From Candidatus Latescibacterota bacterium (GTDB lineage Bacteria > Latescibacterota > UBA2968 > GCA-2709665), in contig CAXXJS010000053.1 in assembly GCA_963662665.2 (NCBI GenBank), forward strand, positions 32,469-96,468: DNA of 64,000 nt. Direction: 5' to 3'. Both the position numbers and the translations under genes were made by a program. This document shows, one piece after another, positions 9,908-19,101 of the stretch. Under the pieces are notes generated by a model, which ran no database searches, was not told where the DNA came from, and was given only the letters and a program-made list of their open reading frames with translations. Position 1 is the first letter of the stretch. Each line of letters opens with the position of its first letter.

Positions 9908-11347
9908 ATGGCCGATTCCTTCGAGCGACCACACATCGTCTTCATCACCACGGACCAGCAACGGGGCGACTGCACAGGGGTAGACGGACACCCGATTCTT
10001 GAAACGCCTCATCTGGACCAGCTTGCGAACGAGGGGGTCTATTTTCCCAGAGCGTACTCGCCCTGCCCTGTCTGTGTGCCGGCACGGATGGTGATGATGA
10101 CGGGGCAGTCGCCGTATAATACCGGATTCTTCACCAATTCGAGCAACGCGCTGGGCACAACCGATACGCTCCCCGCGACTCTGCGCGGCCGGGGCTATCA
10201 GACACAGCTGATCGGGAAGGCCCACTTCAGCCCCAAGCGGGCGCGGCTGGGATTCGACAATACGATCATCAACGAGTCCGGCCGGTACCGGGAGGGCGAC
10301 GATTATCACAGGTGGTTAAAAAAAACGCCCTATGCGGGTCTGGAGCGTGCAACGAGCATCGGGAACAACGACGTGTTCTCGCGCAGGTCGGTTGTGCCCG
10401 AGACGCATCACGTGAACACGTGGACGGCAAACGAGTGTATCGAGTTTCTGGACAGGAGGGATCCCACCTGTCCTTTTTTTCTGTGGATGTCTTTCAGCCG
10501 ACCGCATTCGCAATACGATCCGCCGGCGCCTTACGACACCTGGTACGATACGGACGACGTGCCGCCGCCCATAAAGGCCCCTGGCGACGATTTCCTTCCC
10601 CCGGAACTCCAGGAGGCGCCCCTGCGCTACGATTGGGATCGGATGTCGCCCGCGAGGATCGCCCGGGCGCGGCAGCACTACCTGGGGCAGATTACCCACA
10701 TCGACCATCAGATCGGGCGTTTTTTCGCCGCACTCCGCTGGAAGGGGTTGTGGGAGAACACGCTCGTAGTCTTTACCTCGGACCACGGGGATATGATGGG
10801 GGATTTCGGGCTTTTCTTCAAATCCCATTTCTTCGAAGGATCGGGTCGCGTGCCATTGATCCTGCGGCCGCCGCGAAGTTGGGACGGGGCGATTCCCGCC
10901 CGGCGTTACGAGAAGCCGGTGTCGCTTGTCGACGTGATGCCCACGCTGGTCTCGGCGGCGGGCGGTAGCGTGCCCGGGCAGGCGGCCGGGGTGTCGCTGC
11001 TGCCGGCGCTGGAAGGAGACGATCCCGTTGGGGAGCGGATATTCCACGGAGAAATCGGTGCGGAGAAGCGGCGCCACCACTGCCTGACGGACGGGCGGTT
11101 CAAGTATATGTGGTTCCGGCTGGGCGGGCGGGAGTATCTGTTCGATCTGAAGGAAGATCCGAACGAGGTGAACAATCTGGCATACGACGGGGCCCGCGTG
11201 GGCGAATGGAGAATCCGGTTGATTCAACTCCTGGAGGAACGCGGCGATTCCGCGGTAAGAGACGGCGCGCTGCTATCCACGCCATATATGGCGACCAGCG
11301 AGGCCGAACTGCGGGCGATGGACCCGTTCGGGAGAAGGCCGTATTAG
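9908..11347 (+). CDS. Sulfatase (S1, Cys-type)
   Basis: RPHIVFITTDQQR, CVPAR (CxPxR), GKAH, FTSDHG. Confidence 0.93.
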   Translation: MADSFERPHIVFITTDQQRGDCTGVDGHPILETPHLDQLANEGVYFPRAYSPCPVCVPARMVMMTGQSPYNTGFFTNSSNALGTTDTLPATLRGRGYQTQLIGKAHFSPKRARLGFDNTIINESGRYREGDDYHRWLKKTPYAGLERATSIGNNDVFSRRSVVPETHHVNTWTANECIEFLDRRDPTCPFFLWMSFSRPHSQYDPPAPYDTWYDTDDVPPPIKAPGDDFLPPELQEAPLRYDWDRMSPARIARARQHYLGQITHIDHQIGRFFAALRWKGLWENTLVVFTSDHGDMMGDFGLFFKSHFFEGSGRVPLILRPPRSWDGAIPARRYEKPVSLVDVMPTLVSAAGGSVPGQAAGVSLLPALEGDDPVGERIFHGEIGAEKRRHHCLTDGRFKYMWFRLGGREYLFDLKEDPNEVNNLAYDGARVGEWRIRLIQLLEERGDSAVRDGALLSTPYMATSEAELRAMDPFGRRPY

Positions 11348-11422
11348 CGCGTGCAATGCCGCCGGCGCGGCGTGCATCCGCGAGCGGGTTCCATGAAGGC
11401 ACGAAACGGAGGTCCGGGCTCT

Positions 11423-11905
11423 GTGGAAGAGTGTCTCGAAGCGCGATTGGGTCAATTGCTGGTGGAAAGAGGTTGGACCATCTCGGTCGCGGAGACCACC
11501 GCCGGCGGATTGATATGCGCGCGCATCGTGAGCGTGCCCGGCAGTTCAGCCTGGTTCGAGCGCGGACTTGTGCCTTACAGTGCCGGAGCCAAGACCCGGG
11601 CGCTGGGGATATGCCAATCTCTGCTGAAGCGTTACGGCGCAGTGAGTGAGGAAGTGGCCTCAGCCATGGCCGAAGCCGCGGGCAGGACAAGCAATTCAAC
11701 GCTGGGACTGGCTGAAACGGGCATCGCCGGGCCGATTCGAGGAAGATCGCCAAAGCCGTTGGGGACGGCGTATATCGCGCTGTGGACGCCGGAGGGCGTA
11801 GGATGTAAACGCTTTACGTTTGAAGGCGACCGGAGTGCGATTCGCGAACGGATTGCCGAACAGGCGCTGCGGATTGTGGTCGATTATGTCGAAGATGCCG
11901 CTTGA
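11423..11905 (+). CDS. CinA C-terminal/PncC-like NMN deamidase family protein
   Basis: SVAETTAGGLI, PGSSAWF, YGAVSEEVA, TGIAGP; GGAGG upstream of GTG (start uncertain). Confidence 0.8.
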   Translation: MEECLEARLGQLLVERGWTISVAETTAGGLICARIVSVPGSSAWFERGLVPYSAGAKTRALGICQSLLKRYGAVSEEVASAMAEAAGRTSNSTLGLAETGIAGPIRGRSPKPLGTAYIALWTPEGVGCKRFTFEGDRSAIRERIAEQALRIVVDYVEDAA

Positions 11906-11978
11906 CACCTGCTGCGCATTATCATAAATTGATGCTTTGGCCTGAAAAAGGTCTATCTGTTCACAGGCTGGAGGTTGC

Positions 11979-12281
11979 ATGGCAAAAGAGGAAAAGGTCT
12001 CACTCGAAGGAACCGTCACGGATACGCTTCCCGACGGGCAGTACATGGTGGAAGTGGAGGGTGGGCATGAGATTCTGGGGTATACGTCGGGCAAGATGCG
12101 GCGTTTCAATATCCGCGTTCTGGTGGGCGACCGCGTGACGATCGAGACCTCGCCTTACGATTTGAATCGCGGGGCGCATCGTGTGGCTACACCGGCTGCC
12201 CCCGCCCGACAATGCTGGCGGAAAGCGCAGGGGTGGCGGCAATCGCCCCAGGCGCCGGCGTTAGACTCAGATGCTTCCTGA
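11979..12281 (+). CDS. infA: Translation initiation factor IF-1, with apparent frameshift(s) near 12172
   Basis: MAKEE...EGTV...[28 protein letters not shown]; removing one G in GGGG restores the expected RIV. Confidence 0.88.
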   Translation: MAKEEKVSLEGTVTDTLPDGQYMVEVEGGHEILGYTSGKMRRFNIRVLVGDRVTIETSPYDLNRGAHRVATPAAPARQCWRKAQGWRQSPQAPALDSDAS

Positions 12282-12869
12282 GTTTCTGTGGCCGGGATTC
12301 CGCACCGCACGTGCATTCGTTCGAAAGTGATGTGCCAACCGCGTCACGACGGGTAAATCGTTGCAGATATCCATTCTGGAGGGCCGAATCTGAATTTTGA
12401 TCGGCCTTTTTCCTTTTTTCGCGCGTCCCTTAAATGTGTTCGCCACCCCGCCGGGGAGCCGAAAACGAGCCGCGCAGGTAAATTCGTCAGCATCGACATC
12501 CATGTTCAGGAAAGAGCGGACAAGTCGGGTAACGACGAACCGGGTTTTGCGACACAAGAAAAACAGGTCCGGACATAGGCTTGCGCAATCCGGACAACCT
12601 GGACTGGGCGGACAACTGGTGTTCTTTTCGAAGAGGCGGTGAGCTTTCGCAGGACAGAAAAAGAACAGGGATCGCTATGTGAACAAAGAGAAAGAAGGCG
12701 ACGCACAAGACGGGACGCCCGGTTGCCAAACCTTCGCCGGAAGCAGTCGACGAAATACCTGAAAACGTTAAGCGGGCTCCTTTGATCGCCCGGCAAAGAG
12801 TACCGGGCGAGTGGAAGTATCTGAATCGGAGCCGCTAAGTTATTGCAATTAAGTTGTTTATATACAAAG

Positions 12870-13310
12870 CCGCCCACCTATCTGGACGGCTCCCGTTTTT
12901 TTGCATGTGATGACTCGTCTTGTTTATTCCGCAATTCCTCGCCGGAATCTCCTTCCCCTTCTCTTTGGCGCCCGATTTTCCCCCCTCACGGCACCTGAGC
13001 CCCGACCGTCTCCACGTATAGGGAAAATAGCGACTACGAGCAGGTCATGAACAACCTGTTTTTTTTTGCGCCGCCGAAGCAGAGATTTGCGCAGGGGGCG
13101 GGGAGGTGGATTTTGCCGATGAGGGCGCCGTCCGGCGCGAAGCAGTGCACGCCGTCGTAGCCGTCTCCGGCCCAGCAGGCCCCCGCCCACAGGTTGCCTT
13201 CCACGTCGGCGCGGATGCCGTCGGACGAGGCGGGATCCATGTCGACGAAGACGCGGCCATTCGCAATCCAGTCGCCATCCACGTCGAAAACGGGGATGCG
13301 AGTGGGATAA
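12870..13310 (-). pseudogene. Diverged copy of the 3' third plus downstream region of the gluconolactonase gene (15705-16148)
   Basis: Near-colinear with 15705-16148; in-frame TAG at 13034-13036 replaces Gln; no 5' part. Confidence 0.85.
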
Positions 13311-13454
13311 CTTGAAATCGGCAGCGAACATGAGTATATTTTCAGAAGACGCACAGCGAAGTTTCCCGCGCGAACAAACCGCATGCTGACAGCAACATAC
13401 GGGATTCGTGGTCCGATTTCCGGTTCACAGCAAAGCGAAAGAGTAAGATATTCG

Positions 13455-13778
13455 ATGTGCATTGACGACGAATATGTATCAAAATTGGCGCCTATATACC
13501 GAGATATTCTTGCGTCATTTCCCGTTACTTTGCCGTACCGCAAGGCGGGAGATGGTCTTCATTACAACTTATTGGATTCAACGTTGACGGAGCAACAACG
13601 AGCAAACAGGTACGGAGAGATTTCGGAAGCGTGCCAGAATTTGGCGGCTTCAATGTTCGTGGAGATCAGTAATAAACACTTCGTCTATACCACCGAAATC
13701 GGGGAGGAACTCATTTCAAAGATAACAGGCCTTCCCGTATTAAGTTCGGGGGTTCCCCAAATCGATCCGCCCCCGTAA
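13455..13778 (+). CDS. Hypothetical protein (possible winged-helix fold)
   Basis: AT-rich 107-aa ORF; GEISEACQNL...FVEI...YTTEIGEELI resembles a wHTH. Confidence 0.5.
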   Translation: MCIDDEYVSKLAPIYRDILASFPVTLPYRKAGDGLHYNLLDSTLTEQQRANRYGEISEACQNLAASMFVEISNKHFVYTTEIGEELISKITGLPVLSSGVPQIDPPP

Positions 13779-14055
13779 GTTGGAATTGGGCCTTACTGAA
13801 TTCTGGATGAAGTGCGAGTTCGTTCCAAGCTTGCCCGCATCGCCCTTTTTTGGATTTCCAGCTCGGTAGAGTAACCCCGCTGTTCCATCGTTAGTGATTT
13901 ATTGGTTAGACAACTTGCCCTTGGAAACCAGTGGACGTTGTAAAGGGCGAAGGGGCCGTGAAGACAAAGAGCCGTGGGTCGCGCCGGTAGAATTGTATGC
14001 AAGAAGTCTTAGCGAAGGTGTCCGCTACACAACGCATCCATGGAGACACGATACG

Positions 14056-14322
14056 ATGAAGAGAACGTTGACCATAGACTACGGCGATGAGATCCTTCTG
14101 GCCCTGGGATATTCACCCAAGCAGTTCAGCGAAGAGGCCAAGATTCTCGTCGCCGTCAAGCTCTACGAGTTGGGACGGTTGTCCTCGGGTGCGGCAGCCA
14201 AGCTGGCTGGTATTCCCAAACCATTATTCCTGATGAAATTAGCTGACTACGGTGTTGATGCCTTCCATCTGACCGAGGAAGACATCCAACAGGACCTGGC
14301 CAGTGCCCGACGTCATCTGTAA
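14056..14322 (+). CDS. UPF0175 family putative antitoxin
   Basis: AVKLYELGRLSSGAAAKLAGIPKPLFLMKLADYGV; GGAG SD; overlaps PIN remnant. Confidence 0.85.
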   Translation: MKRTLTIDYGDEILLALGYSPKQFSEEAKILVAVKLYELGRLSSGAAAKLAGIPKPLFLMKLADYGVDAFHLTEEDIQQDLASARRHL

Positions 14323-14440
14323 TACGTCTCCTCTCCAGTACCTGCACCAGGCCGACGTATTGGAACTTCTGCCCGCACTCGTCGAACAGGTGTGCATCCC
14401 GGAAGCGGTGGTGGCGGAGTTGCGAGAGGGTCGACGGTGA
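14303..14440 (+). pseudogene. Truncated DUF3368/PIN-domain toxin (45 aa)
   Basis: MPDVICNTSPLQYLHQ...IPEAVVAEL, then stop; much shorter than a complete PIN domain. Confidence 0.75.
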
Positions 14441-14602
14441 AATGTACCCCTGCCTGCCGTGGAGGAACATGCGTGGCTTTGCCAAGGGTTAGCCCGTTTG
14501 GTCCCTACTGCGCCTTCCATTTCTCGCCACTTGGACTACCTTCAAAAATCCTATTGTCTGAGACAGGATCGTCTGTTCTTCACGTCGTCAGTATGCCCAC
14601 CA

Positions 14603-14631
14603 TTGACACATGAATCAATCCTGACTACATT
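14603..14631 (+). promoter_or_regulatory. Sigma70-type promoter for the hypothetical-dcd pair
   Basis: TTGACA-N17-TACATT. Confidence 0.55.
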
Positions 14632-14710
14632 CCGTTATCACCATATCTTGCCACCGTAGACAGCGATCGTGCGTTCAGTTTTGCCGTAATCTCAATGAAA
14701 GGGTATTGTA

Positions 14711-15010
14711 ATGATTCAAATCCCAGAGTGGCGTACTGAGCCTCAGCAAGTTTGGATTGCGTGTCGTCAATTTCATAAAATGGGATCTTCTGATGAATTC
14801 CTGGTTCAATTTGACGCAAACGGAGTGACCTATACGGCATTTGTGCCGGCTCGGTTTTGTGATCTTCAGAATCAAGCGCTAAAAGGATCAATCATTGCCG
14901 ATTGCAATGATGATTTGCTTGTTGATTTGCCGACAGACACTTTGACTTCGGGACCGAGAATTTTGGTACGCGGCACGGAACGAGAATCTGTTTTGCAGGA
15001 ATTCGAATAG
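14711..15010 (+). CDS. Hypothetical 99-aa beta-rich protein
   Basis: AT-rich ORF with AAGGG SD-like sequence, 9 nt upstream of dcd. Confidence 0.7.
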   Translation: MIQIPEWRTEPQQVWIACRQFHKMGSSDEFLVQFDANGVTYTAFVPARFCDLQNQALKGSIIADCNDDLLVDLPTDTLTSGPRILVRGTERESVLQEFE

Positions 15011-15019
15011 GAATACTCA

Positions 15020-15589
15020 ATGGTCCTTAGTGATCGAGAGATTTGGGCTGAGGTTGAGAAAGGTAAGCTTATTATTGAGCCCGATTTGGAACCTGATCAA
15101 GTTGGCCCTTCTTCCATTGATCTTCGTTTGGGAAATCAATTTACCGTTTTTAAGTCACCAGAAGAGGGAATCGAGACTATCATCGATTTGGCAACAATTG
15201 GCGATACAGAACGAGTTGCGGAACAGCTAGGCACGACTGAGAATTTGAAAGAAGGCGAGACGTTTGTTCTTTATCCGGGCAAGTTTGTGTTGGCCTATAC
15301 GTTAGAATCCATTGAATTACCTGATTATCTTGCGGCTCGAATTGAGGGCCGAAGCTCCTTTGCCCGATTGGGAATATCTGTTCATCAAACAGCTCCAACT
15401 GTTCACGCAACTTTTAGAGGTCAATTACGATTGGAAATATCACACAATGGACCGTATGCATGTCGGCTACACCCTGGACTGAGTATATGTCAACTAATAG
15501 TTGAACGGTTAGGTAGTTCTGCTGATGCTGAACTCAGTAGTAAGTTCCAAGGTCAAGGGCAGCGAGAACAAGCTAAGAAGGAGATGTGA
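15020..15589 (+). CDS. dcd: dCTP deaminase (trimeric dUTPase fold)
   Basis: MVLSDREI, PSSIDLRLG, IEGRSSFARLG, GQLRLEI, ICQL, SKFQGQ. Confidence 0.9.
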   Translation: MVLSDREIWAEVEKGKLIIEPDLEPDQVGPSSIDLRLGNQFTVFKSPEEGIETIIDLATIGDTERVAEQLGTTENLKEGETFVLYPGKFVLAYTLESIELPDYLAARIEGRSSFARLGISVHQTAPTVHATFRGQLRLEISHNGPYACRLHPGLSICQLIVERLGSSADAELSSKFQGQGQREQAKKEM

Positions 15590-15821
15590 GACGAAATTCT
15601 CGCAGGTCTTCACCTTGTGTAGTTCTTCTTTTTCGAAATTCTGAGAAACCTGCCAGCAGCCCACTTTCCGGTCCCGATCCGGCGACACATCTGCTACGCA
15701 ACGAGCCGCCCACCTGTGTGGACGGCTCTTGTTTTTTGCATGTGATGACTCGTCTTGTTTACTCCGCAATTCCTCGCCGGTGTCTCCTTCCCCTTCTCAT
15801 TGGCGGCCGATTTCCCCCTCT

Positions 15822-16764
15822 TCACGGCGCGTGAGCCCCCACCGTCTCCACGTAGACCGAGAACAGTGATTGGGAGCAGGTCATGAACAGCCTGTTCTTT
15901 TTTGCGCCGCCGAAGCAGAGATTTGCGCATGGGGCGGGGAGGTGGATTTTGCCGATGAGGGCGCCGTCCGGCGCGAAGCAGTGCACGCCGTCGCAGCCGT
16001 CTCCGGCCCAGCATGCCCCCGCCCAGAGGTTGCCGTCCACGTCGGTGCGGATGCCGTCGGACGAGGCGGGATCCATGTCGACGAAGACGCGACCATTTGA
16101 GAGTCGGTCGCCCTCCACGTCGAAAACGCGGATGTGGGTGGGGTATTCGGGGCCGTCCGACCGTCCGGTGTCGACAATGTAGAGCAGCGATTCGTCAGGG
16201 CTGAAGCAGAGGCCATTGGGGCGCTGGAAGTCTGCCGCGACCACGGTGGCTTCTCCGGTGTCCGGATCGAGACGGTACACGTTGGCGTCGTTTTCGAATT
16301 CGGTCCGGTGCCCCTCGTAGTTCATCAGAATGCCGTAACCCGGGTCCGTGAACCAGATCGACCCATCCGACTTTATCACGACGTCGTTCGGTGCATTCAA
16401 CGGCCTGCCCTGGAAACGGTCCATCAGGACCGTGATCGACCCGTCGTATTCCGTCCTGGTAACCCGCCGCGAGTCGTGTTCGCACGATACCAGACGGCCC
16501 TCGCGATCGCGCGTATTCCCGTTCGTGTTGTTCGATGGTTTGCGGAATACCGAGACCTCCCCGGTCTCTTCTTCCCACTTGAGGATGCGGTTATTGGGGA
16601 TATCGCTGAAACAGCAGATAGCGGCCGTCCCCGAACCAGACCGGGCCCTCCAGCCAGCGCCCGCCCGTCCAGAGCATTTCGATGGCGGCATTCGCCAGTT
16701 TGTATTTTGCAAAGCGGTCGTCAAGAACTTCGATGCGCTGGTCCGGATATCTCACAATGTCCAT
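15822..16764 (-). CDS. SMP-30/gluconolactonase family protein (one apparent frameshift near 16610)
   Basis: MDIVRYPDQRIEVLD...EGPVWFGDG joins FSDIPNNRI, APNDVV, WFTDPGYG, PNGLCFSPDE, DGIRTD after a +1 T. Confidence 0.85.
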
Positions 16765-17034
16765 AATTCCATTCCCGTCCCTTCAAGTGATCCGACTACG
16801 TCGGATATCTGACGAATGATCGCAGTATTCCAATGGCATCCGGTTTAACGGCTGGTTGGGCGACGGACTATCTGCGAACAGACTTACAGCGCGCGGCTGT
16901 CATTTTCGCGTTGTTCCCCGGAAATCTACCAGCGCAAATTGCACCCTGGCAGCAGCCTTGTCAACGTTTTCACGGGAAGACGGAACCTGAAGGTCATCGC
17001 CGGTCGGACCGGAGGTCGTTCACGCCGCCACACC

Positions 17035-17063
17035 TTGACAACTTTTCAGACGCCCCTTATATT
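17035..17063 (+). promoter_or_regulatory. Sigma70-type promoter
   Basis: TTGACA-N17-TATATT. Confidence 0.55.
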
Positions 17064-17206
17064 GAAAATTAGCAGCGGTGGAGGCACCGGTTAACGCGAT
17101 AATCGGTCAACTCGTGACGTGTTGCCCGCAAGCCCGCGGAAGACCTGCCTCGATGACGGGACGCAGCCTGGATGGATTTTTTCAACGGGCTGTTACGATT
17201 ATCAAT

Positions 17207-18259
17207 ATGACACGACGCCGTTATATACGGGGATTGAATCTGGCAACGGTCCTCGTCTGTTTGTTCTCGCCCGATCCGACCGGGTGCGGGGAGGCAGGCG
17301 CCTCCCGTCCGATGTACCAGGTTGTCAGCCGGCAGGAAATACTGGAGGCCATGCGTCAGGTCGGCGACTACGATCCGACGACGACGACGAACGGTGCCCG
17401 GTTCCAATGGGAGGTGATCTTCCATCTTTCGCGCCTGGCGTGGGAACGAGACCCGGATGGGGCGCCCCTGTTTATCGATTCTGAGGACTGGTTTCGGGCG
17501 TTTATGGAGGCAACCGGACTCACGAAAAATGAAATGCCACTTTACGCACGCCTGACACATGAGCACAAACAGCACATGGACGTGGAATATCGCACGGATC
17601 GTGTTGTCCGGAAGGTGATCGAGGGGCCGGCGCCTCATTTTGCGTTGAACGTCCGTATCTGGTGGGAGGATCGGCCGGGAAAGCCCGATCGGTATACATA
17701 TCTGGATACGCTCTCAACACCGCATCTCAGGGTTACCAATCGGCAGATGATAACCTATCGGCTGCTCGATCTTGGGGGTTGGTTTACCTGCGACAGGATA
17801 ACGGGTATAACAGGGCGTCCGACGTCGGGCCTGTTGGGATTTATCTTTCGAATTATTGGCGACGGGCACCTTGTACACTCTCGCATGGCAATTTCAAACG
17901 ACGGTCTTCAGATTGTTCGTGGAACTTCGAAGAAGGGGTTCATGAAAATGACGACCACCGCAACGATTTATCACGATGGCGAGATGATCAAGGGTCTGCC
18001 CGATGGCCGGTCCGACCTGCTGCAACTGAAGAAACGCATCAAGCAGACGCTGAAAGTCGACTACGTGGAACTTCCCGGGGGCAACCTGGAGAAACCCGAA
18101 GTCCCCGTGGAGAAACCGAAGGGCACGACCCTGGAGGAGCCTTATGAGCCAACGGACAGGCGACGCGAGATACACGATGGGACGCAGCAAGGGCGAAGAA
18201 GAGCGGTTGATTCATCAGTCTCAGTTGTACGACGCCGTCACCCGGCGTTTCTTGAGTGA
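17207..18259 (+). CDS. Hypothetical exported protein
   Basis: Long ORF with signal-peptide-like N-terminus; last ~115 nt overlap the next gene, so the true end is uncertain. Confidence 0.6.
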   Translation: MTRRRYIRGLNLATVLVCLFSPDPTGCGEAGASRPMYQVVSRQEILEAMRQVGDYDPTTTTNGARFQWEVIFHLSRLAWERDPDGAPLFIDSEDWFRAFMEATGLTKNEMPLYARLTHEHKQHMDVEYRTDRVVRKVIEGPAPHFALNVRIWWEDRPGKPDRYTYLDTLSTPHLRVTNRQMITYRLLDLGGWFTCDRITGITGRPTSGLLGFIFRIIGDGHLVHSRMAISNDGLQIVRGTSKKGFMKMTTTATIYHDGEMIKGLPDGRSDLLQLKKRIKQTLKVDYVELPGGNLEKPEVPVEKPKGTTLEEPYEPTDRRREIHDGTQQGRRRAVDSSVSVVRRRHPAFLE

Positions 18260-18974
18260 AGCGGGCGTAGGAAACGGGATGAAAGTCCTGGATATCGGCT
18301 GCGGTCCCGGCGACGTCTCCCTGACGGCGGCCGAACTGGTGGGGACCGCCGGAAGCGTGTTGGGCGTGGACGTCAATCCGGCCATTATCGAAACCGCGCG
18401 GGAACGGGCGCACAGCGCGGGTTTCACCAACGTCGAATTCAGGACGGGAGACGCCCGGACGCTGGACGTGGGAAGAGACTTCGACGCGCTTGTCGGCAGG
18501 CTTGTGCTGATGTATATGGGCGACCCCGCGGAGGCTCTGAGACAGCTTGCGACACTGGTGCGGCCGGGCGGAATCGTGGCGTTCCAGGAAGCCGATTTCA
18601 GTTACTATCGCAAACAAGCCGATACCCCCGTGGCGAACGATCTGATTGAATGGGCCATCTCGGTTTTCGAACGATCCGGCGCCCACACCGAGATGGGCTT
18701 CAACCTGTACGGCGCGTTTGTAGACGCGGGACTTCCAGAGCCGGCAATGAATTTCGCGGCCCCGGTGGGTGGACCGGCGAACTGGCCGGGGTACCAGTTC
18801 GTCGTGGAAGCATTTCGCAGCCTTGTTCCGCTGATCGAAGAGTTCGGGATCGCAACCGCCGAAGCGGTGGACCTGGATACGCTGGCAGACAGGCTCCGAA
18901 ACGAGGTGGTGTCGACCAAACGTGCGTTCATGCTCCCGCCCCACGTGACCGCATGGGCGGTGCTGCCGGGATAG
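18144..18974 (+). CDS. Class I SAM-dependent methyltransferase
   Basis: VLDIGCGPGD, LGVD, FDALVGRLVLMY, VRPGG; GGAGG SD. Confidence 0.9.
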   Translation: MSQRTGDARYTMGRSKGEEERLIHQSQLYDAVTRRFLSEAGVGNGMKVLDIGCGPGDVSLTAAELVGTAGSVLGVDVNPAIIETARERAHSAGFTNVEFRTGDARTLDVGRDFDALVGRLVLMYMGDPAEALRQLATLVRPGGIVAFQEADFSYYRKQADTPVANDLIEWAISVFERSGAHTEMGFNLYGAFVDAGLPEPAMNFAAPVGGPANWPGYQFVVEAFRSLVPLIEEFGIATAEAVDLDTLADRLRNEVVSTKRAFMLPPHVTAWAVLPG

Positions 18975-19047
18975 GCAATTGACGTCGGATCCGGATTTCA
19001 CTGAGCGGCATGCTGCGGAAGGCGTTTGGTCGATAAGATATCGTTTC

Positions 19048-19075
19048 GCAGGGGCAACGCATGCGTTGCCCCTGC
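19048..19075. repeat. REP-like perfect palindrome between convergent genes
   Basis: GCAGGGGCAACGCATGCGTTGCCCCTGC. Confidence 0.7.
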
Positions 19076-19101
19076 ATTGTTGCGATTGACGGACGTCCTT
19101 T

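Noticed and set aside
12870-16148. Diversity-generating retroelement TR/VR pair
   Set aside because: Mismatches are not adenine-specific, the repeat extends into non-coding DNA, and there is no reverse transcriptase in the window
17070-17200. SAM-I or cobalamin riboswitch in the leader (AGCGGTGGAGG..., GAAGACCTGCC)
   Set aside because: Only isolated words match; the SAM-I AUC/GCAACC/GAU core and cobalamin GGGAA/ACTG elements are missing. A cmscan would settle it
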